Positions 32,301-45,954 of a stretch of 64,000 nucleotides of DNA are shown in pieces. Positions within the stretch are counted from its first letter, which is position 1; each line of letters starts with the position of its first letter. Where the stretch lies: NCBI GenBank assembly GCA_964016885.1, contig OZ024741.1:78492001-78556000 (forward strand), given 5' to 3'. Source of the DNA: Eledone cirrhosa. Its lineage: Eukaryota. Made by a program: the position numbers and the translations under genes. The notes under the pieces were generated by a model that did not search any database, had not been told where the DNA came from, and saw only the letters and a list, made by a program, of their open reading frames with translations.

Positions 32301-32783
32301 CCCTCCTCCCCTATCCGCTAATCCCACACAGTCCCAGCGTGCATCTAAGATCCCGTTCCAGTCGCCCACTAACACTAGAGAGCGGGACGTTCCAAGAAAG
32401 GTCTCCAGACGCCGGAAGAAATCAGGCCGCCCTGCTCCTGTCGGGGCATAGACGGCCACTAGCCTGAAAGCTTTCCCGTCTCCGCTGGTCACGTCCAGCA
32501 CCACCAACTTACCTTCTGGGTCCAGGAAGATGGCCCGTATGGCGAGATCCAAACCTCTCCGAAAAAGCACAGCAACTCCTCCACCAGATCCCGGACGGCT
32601 GGGAGATGCGTACACATCGTAGCCGCCGAAGATCGGTGCGAAGGCCCGTGCTTCGGAGATTCTAGTCTCGCTGATGGCCACTACATCTATGTTTAGTGAC
32701 CTGAGGTCGTTGAGCAGGTGGCCCTGCTTCCATGCCGACCCCAAGCCACGCGCATTTATGCTGCCTATTCTGAGTGAGGTCAT
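29388..32783 (-). pseudogene. Tx1 ORF2 (AP endonuclease, RT, CCHC), disrupted
   Basis: SINARG, VYAP, GDWN, LDR, TDH (APE); KSPGLDG, FRPITLLN, QGCPLS, YADD (RT). Confidence 0.92.
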
Positions 32784-32817
32784 GTTGAAATGGAGTGGAA
32801 AAGATGGGAAAGACCAC

Positions 32818-34718
32818 TTACCTTACTTCTCGTAGAGGAAGGACGGTCTCTCCATCCTTTTCACTGCTTGTGGCCTCCTCAGGAAGGATGTCCTTATAAA
32901 TCCTTCTGGAGAGTGCTTGTCGGAAGTCTCCGGTGTCTTTGGGAAATTTTTGTTTTAGTGTCACGTACGTTTTCTGTGTGATGCAAGTGATTATTATGTG
33001 TGGAGGTGGTGTGAACTTTTGGGTTGTTGTGTAGTCTTTTTCTGTGATGCTGGTGTTGTGTTGGATGTAGTGTAATAATTGGTTGTTGTTCAAATTTAAT
33101 GCTGTGTAGTGTGTATCGTTTTGGTTGTTTTGTTTTGTTTGCGTTTGTTGTGGGTTTGTTTCTGTTTCGCTTTTTGGTGACTTTTGTGGTGTTGGTGATG
33201 GTGGTGTTAGGGTTAATGATGGTGATGGGGTTGGTGATGCTGGTATGGACGGTGGCATAGCTGTCCTAACTTTTTTGTTTGATAGTTTATTTGTTTCCCT
33301 CTGTATTTTGTTTTTGGAGGGGGAAGGAAGAGGATTTTTTTCTTTTTTTGGCTTCTCTTTCTTTTTTTCTTTTTTCCTGATACCGTTTCCCACTCTTCGT
33401 CGTCACAATCTGTCGCCAGTTGCGATAGGTCGGGAAGTGGAAAATCTTCCACAGGCGTTGGTTTTGGTTGTGGCGTGGTGGATGGTGTAGGCGCTGGTGC
33501 TAGTTCTGGCGCGTTGGGTGGTGGTAGTGTTGGTTTTGCTACTGTTGCTGGGGTTGTTGCTGCTATAGTTGCTTCTGTTGTTGCTGCTACAGTTGTTGCT
33601 GCCATTTCTGCTGCTGCTGGTGGTGTTGATGGTTGAGTCACTGGGGTGGGTAAGAGAGGTGGCCTCAACTTTTTAGCCCGAGGGCAGAAAGCCCTTAGGT
33701 GGGTTCCTTCACCACAAACGACACACCTAGGCCTTCTACCCTCGACGATTACGGTGAGGTGGCTGCCGTCAGTGAGGTCTATTACCTCTGGGATCTCCTC
33801 AATGCTTTTTTGGTCCGTTTGGATCAGGAGCTCCATCCCAGATCCGGACCAGCTCTCCTGCTTTTCTTTTGCTATTTCTATTATTTTGGTGTTGGCCTCG
33901 ATGACGGCAGCCATTAGCCAGGGAATTCCGATGGCCGGTGGAACGTGGGTCACCCTGATCTTTACGAGTCTCTGGCCACAATATCTTGGGACGAGTGTGA
34001 AGTCGTCGCTACTTATTGGAGCCATGGAGTGCTCTCTGGTCTCCTGTGGTGTTCCAAAGAACACGTCCACGGTTCCATATTTCTGCCCACGTCTGATGTG
34101 GGTTTTTTTTGCCCACACATGTCCCAAAGCTTTTTGGATTTGGGACTCGGATGCCCGTTCCACTCGGCGCGATTTTATGTTAATCGTCCGATAAGACACG
34201 GTGCATAGGCGCCGATGCTCCATTTTATTAGGTGTATGTGTGTGTGTGTGTGGGGGGGGGGACCATTTACCCATCTTTCTTTACCATTCTCTTGGCTTCA
34301 TCTTATTCCTCCTGAGTTGCCTGGATTGTTTCGCATATTTTGGCTGCTTTGGCAAATGACACGGTGTTGTTATTCACATTGTTGTTGTTGTTGTTGTTAT
34401 TGTTATTTTTAGTTTCAGTTGTGGTAGTGGTGGCGTCAGTGGTGTTCGGTGTGGAAGAGTCGATTCTGGGTGAATCCATTTCGATGTCACAAGATTATTT
34501 TTTGTTTTTGTTTCTGTTGTCGCTGTGGTGGTGGTGGAGGTGGCGGCTTCAACACCTGCAGTCATTGGTAATGGCGGGAAATGAATGTCTGCATGAGACA
34601 AATTTAAATTATTGCTACTGCTTATATTTTTAGTGTTGGCAAATGTAGTAATATTTACAATGGTGGTGTCGGTGTGAGGTGTTAGTTTGTGAGGAAGGTG
34701 TGGTTGTGAGTCGTCCAT
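32818..34718 (-). pseudogene. Tx1 ORF1 (gag-like, zinc knuckle), frameshifted
   Basis: ORF pieces 34374-34718, 33213-34274 and 32818-33393; CVVCGEGTHLRAFC. Confidence 0.75.
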
Positions 34719-34934
34719 GATTTTTTAAAAGAAATTTTTTGTTTGATAATTATAAAAGTTTAAATTTTGGACTCAAGGCCCCAATCTTTTTGAGTGTCCT
34801 TTTCCGAAAGCAAATTTTGTGACCTTATAAACAGTTAATAACAAAAATTTCCCATAAATGGCAATTTGAAACAACTGAAAACAACAAATCTTTGCGGAGC
34901 TCACGATGATACGATTTCTTACGTAGGTCGCCAA

Positions 34935-34965
<31 letters not shown>

Positions 34966-34974
34966 AATAATAAT

Positions 34975-36650
34975 CCAAACTTAATAGAACAGGGTACGGT
35001 TATAGAATTGACAACAAAAAAATAAGCCACCTATTTTATATGGATGATTTGAAGCTATATTGCAAAGATAATGACGAACTGGAAGGCCTTTTACAGACAG
35101 TAAAAACATTTAGCGATGAGATCAGGATGGAGTTTGGACTTTACAAGTGTACAAAAGCCACTTTCAAGAAGGGGAAGCTTATCAACTCAGACTCAGTTGA
35201 ATTGGATGCTGAAACAATCATAAAGGAACTTGAGCAAGAACAAACCTATAAATACTTAGGGGTTAATGTGGGCTCTGACATACAGGATGCAAGTGTGAAG
35301 GAATGTTACAGGAGAGTACGTGCAGTTCTGAGATCAGAACTAAACGCTCGTAACAAGGTGCTAGCCATAAATTCCTTGGCAGTCCCAGTTGTCACTTATA
35401 GCTTCGGTGTGTTGTACTGGAATATGAGTGAAATCAAAAGAATCGACACCAAAGTCCGTAAGCTACTGACCTGTAATAGGATGCACCACCCAAAAGCAGA
35501 TGTGGATCGTCTTTACCTTCCTAGAACTCAAGGAGGCCGTGTATGCTGAAACTTGTTAAAAAGCATGAGAGAAGTAAGAAGCTTCATTCTATCTTGAAGG
35601 AGAGTAAAAAATATGCTACTGATCTCATGCTTGATACCCAGGTTGGATAGACTAAGGAAACTGTTGAAACTGATGCTGCTAGGCACATAAAATCACTGGC
35701 AAAAGCAAAAGGGCGGCAAGGACAATTACCATCAAATCGGGAGCAGAAACTTCTGCATGGCAAATATGTGGTCCGTAGCAAACAAGCTGATGTTGACCAA
35801 AAGCACACCCATCAGTGGCTACGTAGTTCAAGGCTAAAGGTGGAGAGTGAAGGCTTCATCTTAACTGCCCAAGATCAAAGCTTATTGACTTGTAATTACC
35901 AGGCCAATGTGATGAGAAACGGAATAAACCCAAAGTGCCGATTCTGCAATGCTGAGGTTGAAACAGTGGATCACTTAGTCTCTGGATGAATACAAATATA
36001 GACATGACAGAGTTGGCCAATATCTACACTGGGTAATATGTCGGCATTACAAAATCAAAGCTGAAGACAAGTGGTACAATCATCACCCTGAGGCTGTAAC
36101 TGAAGGAGAAAAAGTAACAATTCTCTGGGACTTTCCTGTACATACTGACAGGACCATAAAAGCAAATAGACCTGACATCATTGTAAAAGATCAACATAAC
36201 AAGGTCTGTTTATTGATAGATATGAGCATCCCATGTGATCACAATATCGCGGCAAAAGAATTTGACAAGCTACGAAAATATCTGCTTATTAAAATTGAGA
36301 AAATGTGGCACCTCAAGGCCGTTACAATACCAGTGATTATGGGAGGACTGGGAATGATCAAGAAAGGAACAGAACAATATTTGCGAATGATTCCTGGTTT
36401 ACCCTCTCTGCACGAGGTGCAAAAAATTGTTTTGACTGGTACTGCACACGTATTGAGAAGAGCACTATCTCTGTAAGATTGATATCCCCCCTTGTATTTA
36501 CATATGCATATGCACATGTGTATATATGTATACTGTTTTTTTTTTTAAATTATAATCAATGTGCTGTATTAACTGGCTTACCAATGCACACTGAATTTAT
36601 TTGCCCTAGGTGTCAGGAAGACACTCGGCATATATCTCAGAAACAATAAT
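34975..36650 (+). mobile_element. 5'-truncated Dong/R4-type LINE (RT plus CCHC and restriction-like endonuclease)
   Basis: SHLFYMDDLKLY, YKYLG, RLYLPR..GG, AQDQ, CRFC...ETVDHL, RHD, RPD, IDMSIP.D. Confidence 0.9.
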
Positions 36651-36685
36651 GAAAGAAAATAAAAATGATAATAAAAATAATAATG

Positions 36686-38197
36686 GTTTCATTTATTGGC
36701 CACTAGGGCCGACATGTAAGGGACAATACAAAGACAGGGACAGTGGGGGTTTACAATAAGGTCGAGTAAAAGTGCACAATGGCAAGACTAATTTAACAAT
36801 GAAGATATCATCATCATCCTCATTTCATTTTACGTCCGCTTTTCCCTGCTTGCAAGGGTGGGACGGGAACTGATTTTGGCTTGATTTCTACAGCTGGATG
36901 CCCTTCCTAACACCAACCTCATTTACAGTGAGTGCTGGGTGCTTTTTTGCCGTGGCACCTCCACGACCACTTTGCAGTGGAATGATAGGGAACCTAGTCC
37001 CTATTATCTCATTTCTACAGCTGAGTAAACTGGAGCAATGTGAAATAAAGTGTCTTGCTCAAGGAACAACACATCACCCGGTCTGAGAATTGAACTCACA
37101 ACCTTTCGATTGCAAGGCCAATGCTCTAACCACTAAGCCATGTATAAAATATAAAATAAACTATGTATAAATATAACAAAATAAATAAATTCCCCTATCG
37201 GGGGTGGACGACCCAGGGGTGACTCAGGTACCCCACCAATCCTGAACCACCCTGCACTTCCAGGACACCTAGGGAGAGCACCCCTCTCCTCAAGTTAGCT
37301 AGCCTATAGGCGCATGGTCAGAGTAGGCCCATTCACACGGGCCATTCTCGCCACATTCATCCCCCTTTTAGCAAATGTACTGGGGGGGGGGGCAGCACTT
37401 CTCTCTCCACTCTCACCTTCCTTTCCAGGTGAAACTTGAAGAAGTTGATGAGGGATTGGCCAAAGAGAAAAGTGTCTGTCTTCAGTCTTTTCAATCTGGT
37501 CCACCATATAACCTCTTTCGCAACTGCCACCAGACAGAGGAAAATTGTCTGCTCTTCCTGTCCAAAGAAAGGCGGTGGGTCGATCTTCACTATGGACTCG
37601 GCCGATAGCCAGATCCATTCTACATGCGACAGCAGCTGTTCGACATAACTCCACAAGCCAGTAATACACGGACATTGGACAAGTGCGTGCAGAACGGTTT
37701 CGTTGCTCTGTGCGCATCTTGGGCAGGCCCGTCTGACAGCACTTCTGTGCCTGTAGAATTTATTCCTCCTGGTAGCACTACCAAGCGAGGGATTTCTGGA
37801 AATTGTTAATCGTTTCCGGCTCAAAAGTCCTCCGGAACAGACTGGTTAGTTTGACTTCGTCAAGGCCCAAAGCTTCTCCGAGTGCGTCATTGCACATGCC
37901 CACCACTAATCCTCTATAGAACTCAAGAGTGGAAGTTCCACTGATCGCATTGCCTGCTTGGTAGAGGGCAGTGAGTGCCTGGCAACATTCCAGATGCCAG
38001 TCACCCAGTCTCGGTCTCTTCTTGACCCAGGACTGCAGCTCAGTCAAAGAAACGAGCTGCGGAAGGGCCTGTCTGATAAATGGCAACCATACCTGTTCAC
38101 CGTTTAGGCAGAATATCTGGAGATGTCTCAGCCTCAGTGCATGTCTGTGGATCATTAGGCATGGCATGCCCAGCCCTCCGTGTAGAGGGTGCTGGCA
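36686..38197 (-). mobile_element. 5'-truncated Tx1 subfamily C, interrupted by a SINE
   Basis: Matches 48391-49480; CPRC..ETVLHALVQC. Confidence 0.88.
36808..37143 (-). mobile_element. tRNA-derived SINE with CORE-like middle, GGAAGGGCATCC segment and RTE 3' tail
   Basis: A box TGGCTTAGTGG, B box GAGTTCAATTC; tail CCCGTCCCACCCTTGCAAGCAGGGAAAAGCGGACGTAAAATGA identical to 45505-45547. Confidence 0.85.
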
Positions 38198-38465
38198 AGA
38201 CACAATACCTATAATAATAGGTGCTCGAGGAATGATAAAAAAACACACAGACAAATACATAGCCAAAACCCCAGGACTTACAAATATATACAGCATACAA
38301 ATGAAAGTACTACTAGGCAATGCACACATATTATGAAAAGTACTATCAATACAATAGAAACAACATCAGCAAAAACCGTACTGATCATACCCAAGGCGCA
38401 CAGATCTGAGCTCAGTAAAGCAGTAATGATGCGCAATGAAAATAATAATGGAAATAATAATAATA
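38198..38465 (+). mobile_element. Dong/R4-type LINE 3' fragment
   Basis: TIPIIIGARGMI...IQMKVLLGNAHIL, then an AAT-rich tail. Confidence 0.7.
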
Positions 38466-38824
38466 GTAAGGAGAAGAAGGAGGAGAATGGGTGTTGATAG
38501 TTGTAGTATGTAGATAAATTCTCTCTAAGTGCTATGGTGATTTGATGGAGTTGTGTGTATGTGTGCACCAATGTACTAGTTTACCAATGTGATGGCCTGT
38601 GGAGCCATAAAAAAGTTAATTGTTTAGTGTGGTCAGAAATTGGCTGGCTTTAGTAAGAGGCTGTGTTGATAGTGTCTGCCTTTGTATCTGAGGAGGGGGA
38701 TGCATGGAGGGGAGACAATTACGATCTAATTTCAACAGCTGGTTTGTCTGAGTTGGGAGGTGGTATGTCTTGAAGAATAACATCATATATCATTTCTGTC
38801 AGATATCAACTAAATATATCTTCA

Positions 38825-39452
38825 CATTTGGCGTTAGGAAGGGCATGCAGCCATAGAAAACCAGCCAGAGACTCTCCTATATGAGCGAGACACAGTCACC
38901 TGACCCAACTTGCCTCTAAATGGAACAAACCATGCTAGCGTGGAAGACAGATGTTAATCGATGATGATGATGATGATGATGATGATTTGCTTGTAAGGAT
39001 TGGTACTTGCATACCAAGACAGACACACGTTTAGGCCACCAAGGGAAGCCAGGCACCATTATGAATTCCCCTCTCCAGCAATGAAATGTACACTAAGCAC
39101 CCTAGTATTGTCATGATATAGTGCTGGTACCACGATAAAAGCACGCAGTCCACTCTGTAAGGTGCCACGACAAATAGCACCTAGTCCACCCTGTAAGGTA
39201 TTAGTATGGGAGACACGATAAAATGCTCCTAGTTCACTTTGTAAATTGGTATCTGTCTAAACCCATGCTAGCGTGGAAGACAGATGTTAAATGATGATGA
39301 TGATGATGTTAGGAAGGCCATCCAGTTGTAGAAACCAAGCCAAAAGAAAGGGTATGAGCAGGATCTAGCCACCTGATTAGTTTTGGCCTCAGCATGCAAC
39401 AGTTGTCTAACCCATGCAAGTATGGAAAATAGACATTAAAATGATGATGATT
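38825..39452 (+). mobile_element. Cluster of RTE-tailed SINE 3' fragments
   Basis: GTTAGGAAGG(G)CATCCAG-like motifs, CCCATGCTAGCGTGGAA tails and (GAT)n. Confidence 0.7.
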
Positions 39453-39454
39453 AT

Positions 39455-39922
39455 CTCTTCTTCGTCTTCTTCGGCCGAGTTTACACTCACAAAGATTCAG
39501 CATGCTTTCTCCAATTGTCCCGGTTGAGCATGACATTTCTCAGTTCATCAATGTTATCACTGTTAGCATCTCTCAGCAGGGTATCAATGAATGAGATAGC
39601 CTGTCTTCCCACACTTCTTCGTCCGACCACCGGTTTCCAAAGCACAAGTTGAGATGCAGTCTCTTCCGGATGACAGATGCTGTGCCCAGCCAGTTTCATT
39701 TGTCGGCAGGAAACTCTTTTTGAGACTTGAGGTAGTGATCTGTATTGTTCTTTATTTGTCAACTTCTGTTTCCAAGAAATGTTGAGAGCCATTCTCAGCA
39801 TCCTTGTGTAACATCCGTCAAGTCTCTTGCATAGCACTTTGTCAATAGTCCACGTTTCACTGCCGTAAAGCAGGATGGATTCAACAGTTGCTAGGAAGAA
39901 GCGCTCCTTGATTTTGCGGTTT
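39455..39922 (-). mobile_element. RTE-like LINE 3' fragment (different family)
   Basis: LLYGSETW..KRLDGCYTRMLRMALNISW..LAGH; GAA-rich tail. Confidence 0.75.
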
Positions 39923-39957
39923 ATATATATAGGGTTTGCGGTTTTTATATATAGGGT

Positions 39958-41635
39958 CTAAGAGGCGATTAAGGAAATGAAAAATGGTAAGGCTGCTGGA
40001 CCATTGGGAATAGTTGTTGAGATGCTGAAGGCATCAGGGGACGTAGGCACTAAACTGGTTGCATCATCAATCAGGCTATATATGGTGGTGTCATACCCAA
40101 AGCTGGTGCAGCAGTATTCTCAGAAATTGCTACAGAAGTGAAGGGGATGCTCTGGAGAGGAGCAATTATAGGGGTATAAAACTGATGGATCAGGTTATGA
40201 AAGTGGAAGAAAGAATATTAGCACAACTAATTAGAGAAAGGGTCAAACTAGATGAGATGCAGTTTGGTTTTGTGCCTGGGAAGAGTACAACAGATGCCCT
40301 CTTCTTGGTGAGACAATTCCAAGAGAGGTTCTTAGAGAAAAATAAGCCACTATACTTAGCCTTTGTTGACCTAGAGAAGGCCTTTGATAGAGTACCCCGA
40401 TCTGTCATCTGGTGGTCCCTAAGGAAACTAGGTGTTGAGGAATGGCTTGTGAGGACAGTGCAAACTTTGTACAGAGGTACTCTCAGTAAAGTGAGGGTAG
40501 GAATGGAGTTTAGTGAGGAATTCCAGATACAAGTAGGAGTACATCAGGGTTAGGTCCTCAGCCCGCTCTTGTTCATTATAGTCCTCCAAGCCATAACAGA
40601 GGAGTTTAAGACTGGCTGTCCATGGGAACTTCTCTATGCTGACGATCTGGTTCTTATAGCAGAATCAGTAGAGGAGCTAGAGAATAAATTCTGGCTATGG
40701 AAACTGCTGTTGGAAGCAAGAGGACTGAGAGTGAACCTAGCTAAGACAAAAGTGTTGATGAGTAGAAAAGAGGACAAAACTCTGATTCCGTCAGGGAAAT
40801 GGCCATGTTCGATATGCAGAAAAGGAACTGACATAAATTCTATAAAATGCACACAATGCAGATCCTGGGTACACAAGAGATGTAGCGGGATAGCAGGAAA
40901 ACTAACAGGTAGGGAGAAATATGTATGCAGTAGATGTACAGGGAAATTAGACAGTAGAAGTCGCATTGATAGACACATTTTTCAAATGCAGGAGGGTGCT
41001 ATAGAAGTGGTTGATAGCTTCCGGTACCTAGGAGATCAGATTAGCATGGGAGGAGGGTGTTCCGAGGCCATAGTATCTAGAATAAGGACGGGTTGGAAGA
41101 AGTTTAGGGAGCTGCTTCCTCTGCTGACGAAGAAGGGTTTCTCCCTGCGTACGAAAGGCCGGTTGTATGATGCCTGTGTGAGGAGCGCGATGCTGCATGG
41201 TAGTCAGACATGGGCAGCAACTGCAGAGGATATGCGACGGCTGGAGAGAAATGAGGCAAGCATGCGCCGTTGGATGTGCAGTGTAAATGTGCGTGAACGA
41301 CCCAGCATAAATGTGTTGAGAGAGAAACTGTGTCTGAGAGGGATAGAATGTAGTGTACGGGAGAGGAGACTGAGGTGGTATGGACATATGATGCGCATGG
41401 AGGATGACCGATGGGTGAAGAAGTGCCAGGAAATGCCAGTTGAAGGAAGGCGTGGTAGAGGTAGACCACGGAAAACATGGGCGGAGGTGGTGAGAACAGA
41501 CCTCAGATTGTTGAAGCTCACGGTGGAGATGACAAAGGACCGTGACAAGTGGAGAGATGCTGTACTGAATAAGACCCGTCCCACCCTTGCGAGCAGGGAA
41601 GAGCTGACGTAAAATGATGATAATGATGATGATGA

Positions 41636-41639
<4 letters not shown>
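39958..41639 (+). mobile_element. 5'-truncated RTE LINE (short-tail subfamily) with PHD-like insert
   Basis: NYRGIKL, QFGF, DLEKAFD, YADD, CSIC..CTQC..HKRC..CSRC; (GAT)n tail. Confidence 0.92.
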
Positions 41640-41670
<31 letters not shown>

Positions 41671-41680
41671 TCTTCTTTCT

Positions 41681-41730
<50 letters not shown>

Positions 41731-41734
<4 letters not shown>

Positions 41735-42665
41735 AGAAAGAAGAGTGACATGGTTTGCTATACAATAAGGGCTTTATTCACATTGCTGACAATTGTTTCT
41801 CTGGACTGGTAGGTCTAGAGATCGCTACCTGCCTGTTTTCGCGTCAATCGATCACCAGTACTTTGTTATAACCAGTCAATTCATCAGAGCATGCAAGAAT
41901 GAAGGAAATACATAGGCATGGCTTCTATATATAGTAGTGGCATTAAATCAGAACAATAATAACAATAATAACAATATCAACAATATCAACAATACTCGAA
42001 TAAATTAGCTAGACCGTAAATAGTTAAAACAATCACAGCATCAATCTAAGTAAGACATAGAGTATACTGATGACTTTAGCATGTAAAACGAGCTGATATG
42101 AAGCAGATGTATGAAATTGACATGTAAAAGCTGTCATGGGGTGTATTATATATAGTGTAGAGATAACCTGGGCTTGAAACAATGTACCATTTACTTTACT
42201 GTAGGTTTGCTGACCGTAAGAATTATTTATTATCTGACAGATAAAATATTCTCATTGTAGTGAGGATGGTAATTTTTATGTGGTGTAAAGTGGATTCATT
42301 ATTTAAGTGGTCTATATTAGATGAAGGGATTGTTAGTTCGAATCATGGGGTTGTTTAGCTTTCACAGCATCAATGACAAATCATGCATGGATAAGACAAC
42401 AATAACATCAATATAGTAGGTAAGTTAATACAGAGGTTAAGGAAGCAAGGTAATATAGAGAGAACATGATGACTACAATTACGGATACATTGGGGTGTTC
42501 ATTATAACAACAGGAGGAAGGTGATATTTCAAGGACTGTGGTAGTAGTCAAATAATGTACTTGGAATTAAGTTCATCTGTTGAGAATCAAGAGTGAGGAG
42601 GTTGTGTCAGCAATGTGAATAAAGCCCTTATTGTATAGCAAACCATGTCACTCTTCTTTCTTGAT
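41731..42665. mobile_element. Non-coding element bounded by 61-bp perfect inverted repeats, carrying a hammerhead (family B)
   Basis: 41731-41791 is the exact reverse complement of 42605-42665; (TA)n on the left. Confidence 0.75.
41781..41894 (-). ncRNA. Type I hammerhead with ~80-nt extended stem II
   Basis: CATGCT-CTGATGA-ATT-GACTGGT...ACCAGTC-CAGA-GAAAC-AATT-GTC-AGCAATG, followed by AATAAA. Confidence 0.6.
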
Positions 42666-42836
42666 TTATTATTACTCCAAGTGTAAACTACATAGAAATC
42701 ACCGCGTACTCGCAGCATCACTTTGGAAATGTCTTGTTGAGTCAAACTTAGCCAAGCGTTAATACTATCCACCACCCGGAGTACCCTAACTGGACTACAT
42801 CTAAATGGACTACCTATAACAATAATTTGTTATCCC

Positions 42837-42929
<93 letters not shown>

Positions 42930-44289
42930 TTAAAATAATGAAATAAAAATTCAAGTCATTAGAAATATACTTCACTGCTTTACGATCGTTTCTAGGTGAT
43001 GATAATACATCGTAACCATACTTCGTTATCGATCTATGTAAGGTTAGTTACAAAATATCAGATAAGGAAAATATTTACTTACATGTATATCACCAGCTGT
43101 TGTCAAAAGCAATATATGATGTATATATATATCATAATTATAAGCATCATCATCATCACTGTTTACCTCCCCCCTGCAACATACAGACATACCTAAGAAA
43201 AAAAAAGGCCCTTGCAGTGCATAATCAATAGTAATTACCAACTCCACCTATTTCACTATAGATCTATGAAATATAGTCACCATCACAAACTCAGTAGTAC
43301 CACGAAACATGGATATCTTAAATAAATCTAATCTATACTCCTAATCATATATACAGGGACTTAAGTACTAGAGTTGTTATAGTAAACTAATTCCACTAGA
43401 TATTACCTTATTAGCACTGGTTAATTGACCAAAACTGTATACTCATTATCTTATACTTAATGCTTTTATTTATTTTTTATTTTTTATTTATTTTAATAGG
43501 TATTTTATTATTGATTCCATCACATCAATCATTATCTACAACTTTTCTTTTAAAATATTTCTGTGCAAGTTTAGTTTTCCTCTAAAAATGTGAATTAGGA
43601 AGAAAGTCCTGAATCAGCTTATTTAAATATTATCCAAATTCATCAATTTAGTCAACTTTGAAAACTAACATATATAGTTGTCTTCAAATGTGTGTGTTCG
43701 CTGCTGATTTGAGTGTTTTTTTTCAGATAACTAAGAAATTAGCCATCACATAGCTGATAATTATATCCTACCATTCGGTCAACTTGTACTATTCCTTGAT
43801 TTGCTGCCGGGACTGACACCAATTCTATAGACCTGTTGTCTGAAGGCCGTGATAACATGCCTGAAAGAGTATACACACACACACACGTCCACAAACCCTA
43901 ATGTACTTTCTCGATAAATATATTTTTGCCTCTTCTCCACAATTATTCTATCTAGAGATGACCAGACAGATACACTTGACTGCACATATAGATGCACACC
44001 TACATATAAACAATCACTAAGCCAGATATCTATACACACAACCACACACAGCCACTCTCTCATTGGATAAACAATGTATGCCCTTATTAAAACAAATGAC
44101 ATTTCCTGATGAGATAGCCAGTTAACTGCCAAGGCCTTTGCCATTAAGTCTGGAACTAGCTGTTGAAACAGCAAGAGCTCAGCCGTTGGGGTCCTGGCTC
44201 ATTCATATAACCATACCTCAAGTATCAAGTACCCTGGTGAGTAATGTTCTAAACAGTTTCTAATTGAATCCATCCTGATTTATATAAGA

Positions 44290-45569
44290 ATAAGTCACTA
44301 TACTTAGCTTTTGTTAACTTATAGAAGGCCTTTGATAGGGTATCCCGATCTGTCATCTGGTGGTCCCTAAGGAAACTAGATGTTGAGGAATGGCTTGTGA
44401 GGACAGTGCAAGCTTTATACAGAGGTGCTGTCAGTAAAGTGATGGTAGGAATGGAGTTTAGTGAGGAATTCCAGATACAAGTAGGAGTACATCAGGGTTC
44501 GGTCCTCAGCCCGCTCTTGTTCATTATAGTCCTCCAAGCCATAACAGAGGAGTTTAAGACTGGCTGTCCATGGGAACTTCTCTATGCCGATGATCTGGTT
44601 CTTATAGCAGAATCAGTAGAAGAGCTGGAGAATAAATTCTGGCTATGGAAACAGCAGTTGGAAGCAAGAGGACTGAGAGTGAACTTAGCTAAGACAAAAG
44701 TGTTGATGAGTAGAAAAGAGGACAAAACTCTGATTCCGTCAGGGAAATGGCTATGTTGGATATGTAGGAAAGGAACTGGCATAAATTCTATAAAATGTAC
44801 ACAATGCAGATCTTGGGTACACAAGAGATGTAGCGGGATAGCAGGCAAACTAACAGGTAGGGAGAAATACGTATGCAGTAGATGTACAGGGAAATTTGAC
44901 AGTAGAAGTCGCACTGATAGACACATTTTTCAAATGCAGGTGGGTTCTATAGAAGTGGTTGATAGCTTCCGGTACCTAGGTGATCAGATTAGCATGGGAG
45001 GGGGGCGGGGGTGTTCCGAGGCCATAGTATCTAGAATAAGGACGGGTTGGAAGAAGTTTAGGGAGCTGCTTCCTCTGCTGACGAAGAAGGATTTCTCCCT
45101 GCGTACGAAAGGACGGTTATATGATGCCTGTGTGAGGTGCGTGACGCTGCATGGTAGTGAGACATGGGCAGCAACTGCAGAGGATATGCAACGGTTGGAG
45201 AGAAATGAGGCAAGCATGCTCTGTTGGATGTGCAATGTCAACGTGTTGAGAGAGAAACTGTGTTTAAGAGGGATAAGTTGTAGTGTGCGGGAGAGAAGAC
45301 TGTGATGGTATGGACATGTGATGCGCATGGAGGATGACCACTGGGTAAAGAAGTGCCAAGAAATGCCAGTTGAAGGAAGACGTAGTTGAGGAAGACCACG
45401 AAAAACATGGACGGAGGTGGTGAGAGCAGACCTCAGATCGCTGAAGCTCACGGTGGAGATGACGAAGGACCATGACAAGTGGAGAGATGCTGTGCTGAAT
45501 AGGACCCGTCCCACCCTTGCAAGCAGGGAAAAGCGGACGTAAAATGATGATGATGATGATGATGATGAT
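44290..45569 (+). mobile_element. 5'-truncated RTE LINE, same subfamily as 39958-41639
   Basis: ORF 44397-45305 is nearly identical to 40450-41400; same tail. Confidence 0.92.
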
Positions 45570-45954
45570 ATATAATATATATATTATATACATACACACA
45601 CATATGTGTATATACAAATAGAGTCACACTGTCTGAATAAGGCAAGTGGGAAAAACTTTAATCAGCCGAGATTATCCTCAAAATTTTATTACTAAAATTC
45701 CCTGTAAGCAAGGGAGAGAACTCCTAAGCTGTTCCAAGTCCTTTGGAACAATTGAAGACAATGCTGCAAAAGTGAACCTAGTCAGTAACACAGGTCATCC
45801 GATCTGCTTAAAATAGTAACCCAATCTCCTTTAAATTATTGTCGTTTAAAAAACAAGGACATATTGGATGAAGAAGTCCTTGATGTATCATTTGACAGTT
45901 GGGGTGACAGTAGCAATAAAAACAAGATTAATGCTGACCTGTGACTAAACATCA

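Larger units (their letters stand above)
29142..34932 (-). mobile_element. Full-length (5.8 kb) Tx1/L1-clade LINE subfamily A in (TAA)n
   Basis: ORF1 (about 34718-32818, CVVC....HLRAFC knuckle) and ORF2 (APE-RT-CCHC); (TAA)n on both flanks. Confidence 0.95.

Noticed and set aside
37070-37143. tRNA gene
   Set aside because: A and B boxes are present, but it is the head of a SINE and I see no complete cloverleaf.
42981-43029. Possible hammerhead on the minus strand (GAAACGATCGTA)
   Set aside because: The CTGANGA box reads ATAACGA and stem I is not evident; too decayed to call.
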